Positions 31,687 through 32,000 of a stretch of 32,000 nucleotides of DNA are shown here, piece by piece. This stretch comes from Vibrio cholerae ATCC 14035 (GTDB taxonomy: Bacteria > Pseudomonadota > Gammaproteobacteria > Enterobacterales > Vibrionaceae). The position numbers and the translations under genes are program-made. The notes below the pieces were generated by a model. The model searched no databases and was not told the origin of the DNA. It worked only from the letters and a program-made list of their open reading frames with translations. The stretch is taken from assembly GCF_000621645.1 (NCBI RefSeq), contig NZ_JHXR01000019.1:44393-76392 (forward strand), given 5' to 3'. Each line of letters starts with the position of its first letter. The stretch's first letter is position 1.

Positions 31687-32000
31687 AATTGAAGAGTTTG
31701 ATCATGGCTCAGATTGAACGCTGGCGGCAGGCCTAACACATGCAAGTCGAGCGGCAGCACAGAGGAACTTGTTCCTTGGGTGGCGAGCGGCGGACGGGTG
31801 AGTAATGCCTGGGAAATTGCCCGGTAGAGGGGGATAACCATTGGAAACGATGGCTAATACCGCATAACCTCGCAAGAGCAAAGCAGGGGACCTTCGGGCC
31901 TTGCGCTACCGGATATGCCCAGGTGGGATTAGCTAGTTGGTGAGGTAAGGGCTCACCAAGGCGACGATCCCTAGCTGGTCTGAGAGGATGATCAGCCACA
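31687..32000 (+). rRNA. rrs: 16S ribosomal RNA, 5' portion (continues beyond the right edge)
   Basis: AATTGAAGAGTTTGATCATGGCTCAGATTGAACGCTGGCGGCAGGCCTAACACATGCAAGTCGAGCGG is the universal bacterial 16S 5' end. The V1-V2 sequence is Vibrio cholerae-like. The track ORF at 31733..31999 (-) is an artefact inside the rRNA. Confidence 0.97.

Overview
This window is conserved core chromosome. It is the replication-origin neighbourhood of a Vibrio cholerae-type chromosome I; the partial 16S at the right edge and the gene order both fit V. cholerae or a very close relative. Every gap is accounted for by housekeeping genes. Gene order, left to right: dnaN (partial, -), dnaA (-), a three-gene polar amino-acid ABC transporter (+), rpmH-rnpA-yidD-yidC-mnmE-mioC (+), oriC, mnmG-rsmG-parA-parB (+), the full atpIBEFHAGDC operon (+), glmU (+), a divergent MFS transporter (-) and LysR regulator (+), fadBA (-), yigZ-trkH-hemG (+), then an rrn operon promoter region and the first ~314 nt of 16S rRNA. 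I corrected several ORF-track starts that over-extend upstream (SBP, rpmH, mnmE, mnmG, atpA, probably dnaA and the MFS gene) and added dnaN, which the track misses because it runs off the edge. I found no integrase, transposase, phage, CRISPR, toxin-antitoxin or defence-like content, no compositional island and no unexplained long ORF. I therefore do not claim a novel system. The observations worth a second look are all non-coding. They are the oriC architecture and a strong terminator abutting its first DnaA box, a GATC/DnaA-box cluster upstream of dnaA, and tandem rpmH promoters with a structured leader. Also included are a perfect 18-bp palindrome plus ATTGT repeats between parB and atpI, a FadR-type operator plus a second palindrome upstream of fadBA, palindromes in the MFS/LysR divergent region, and nested inverted repeats upstream of glmU. 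Interest scores are deliberately modest.
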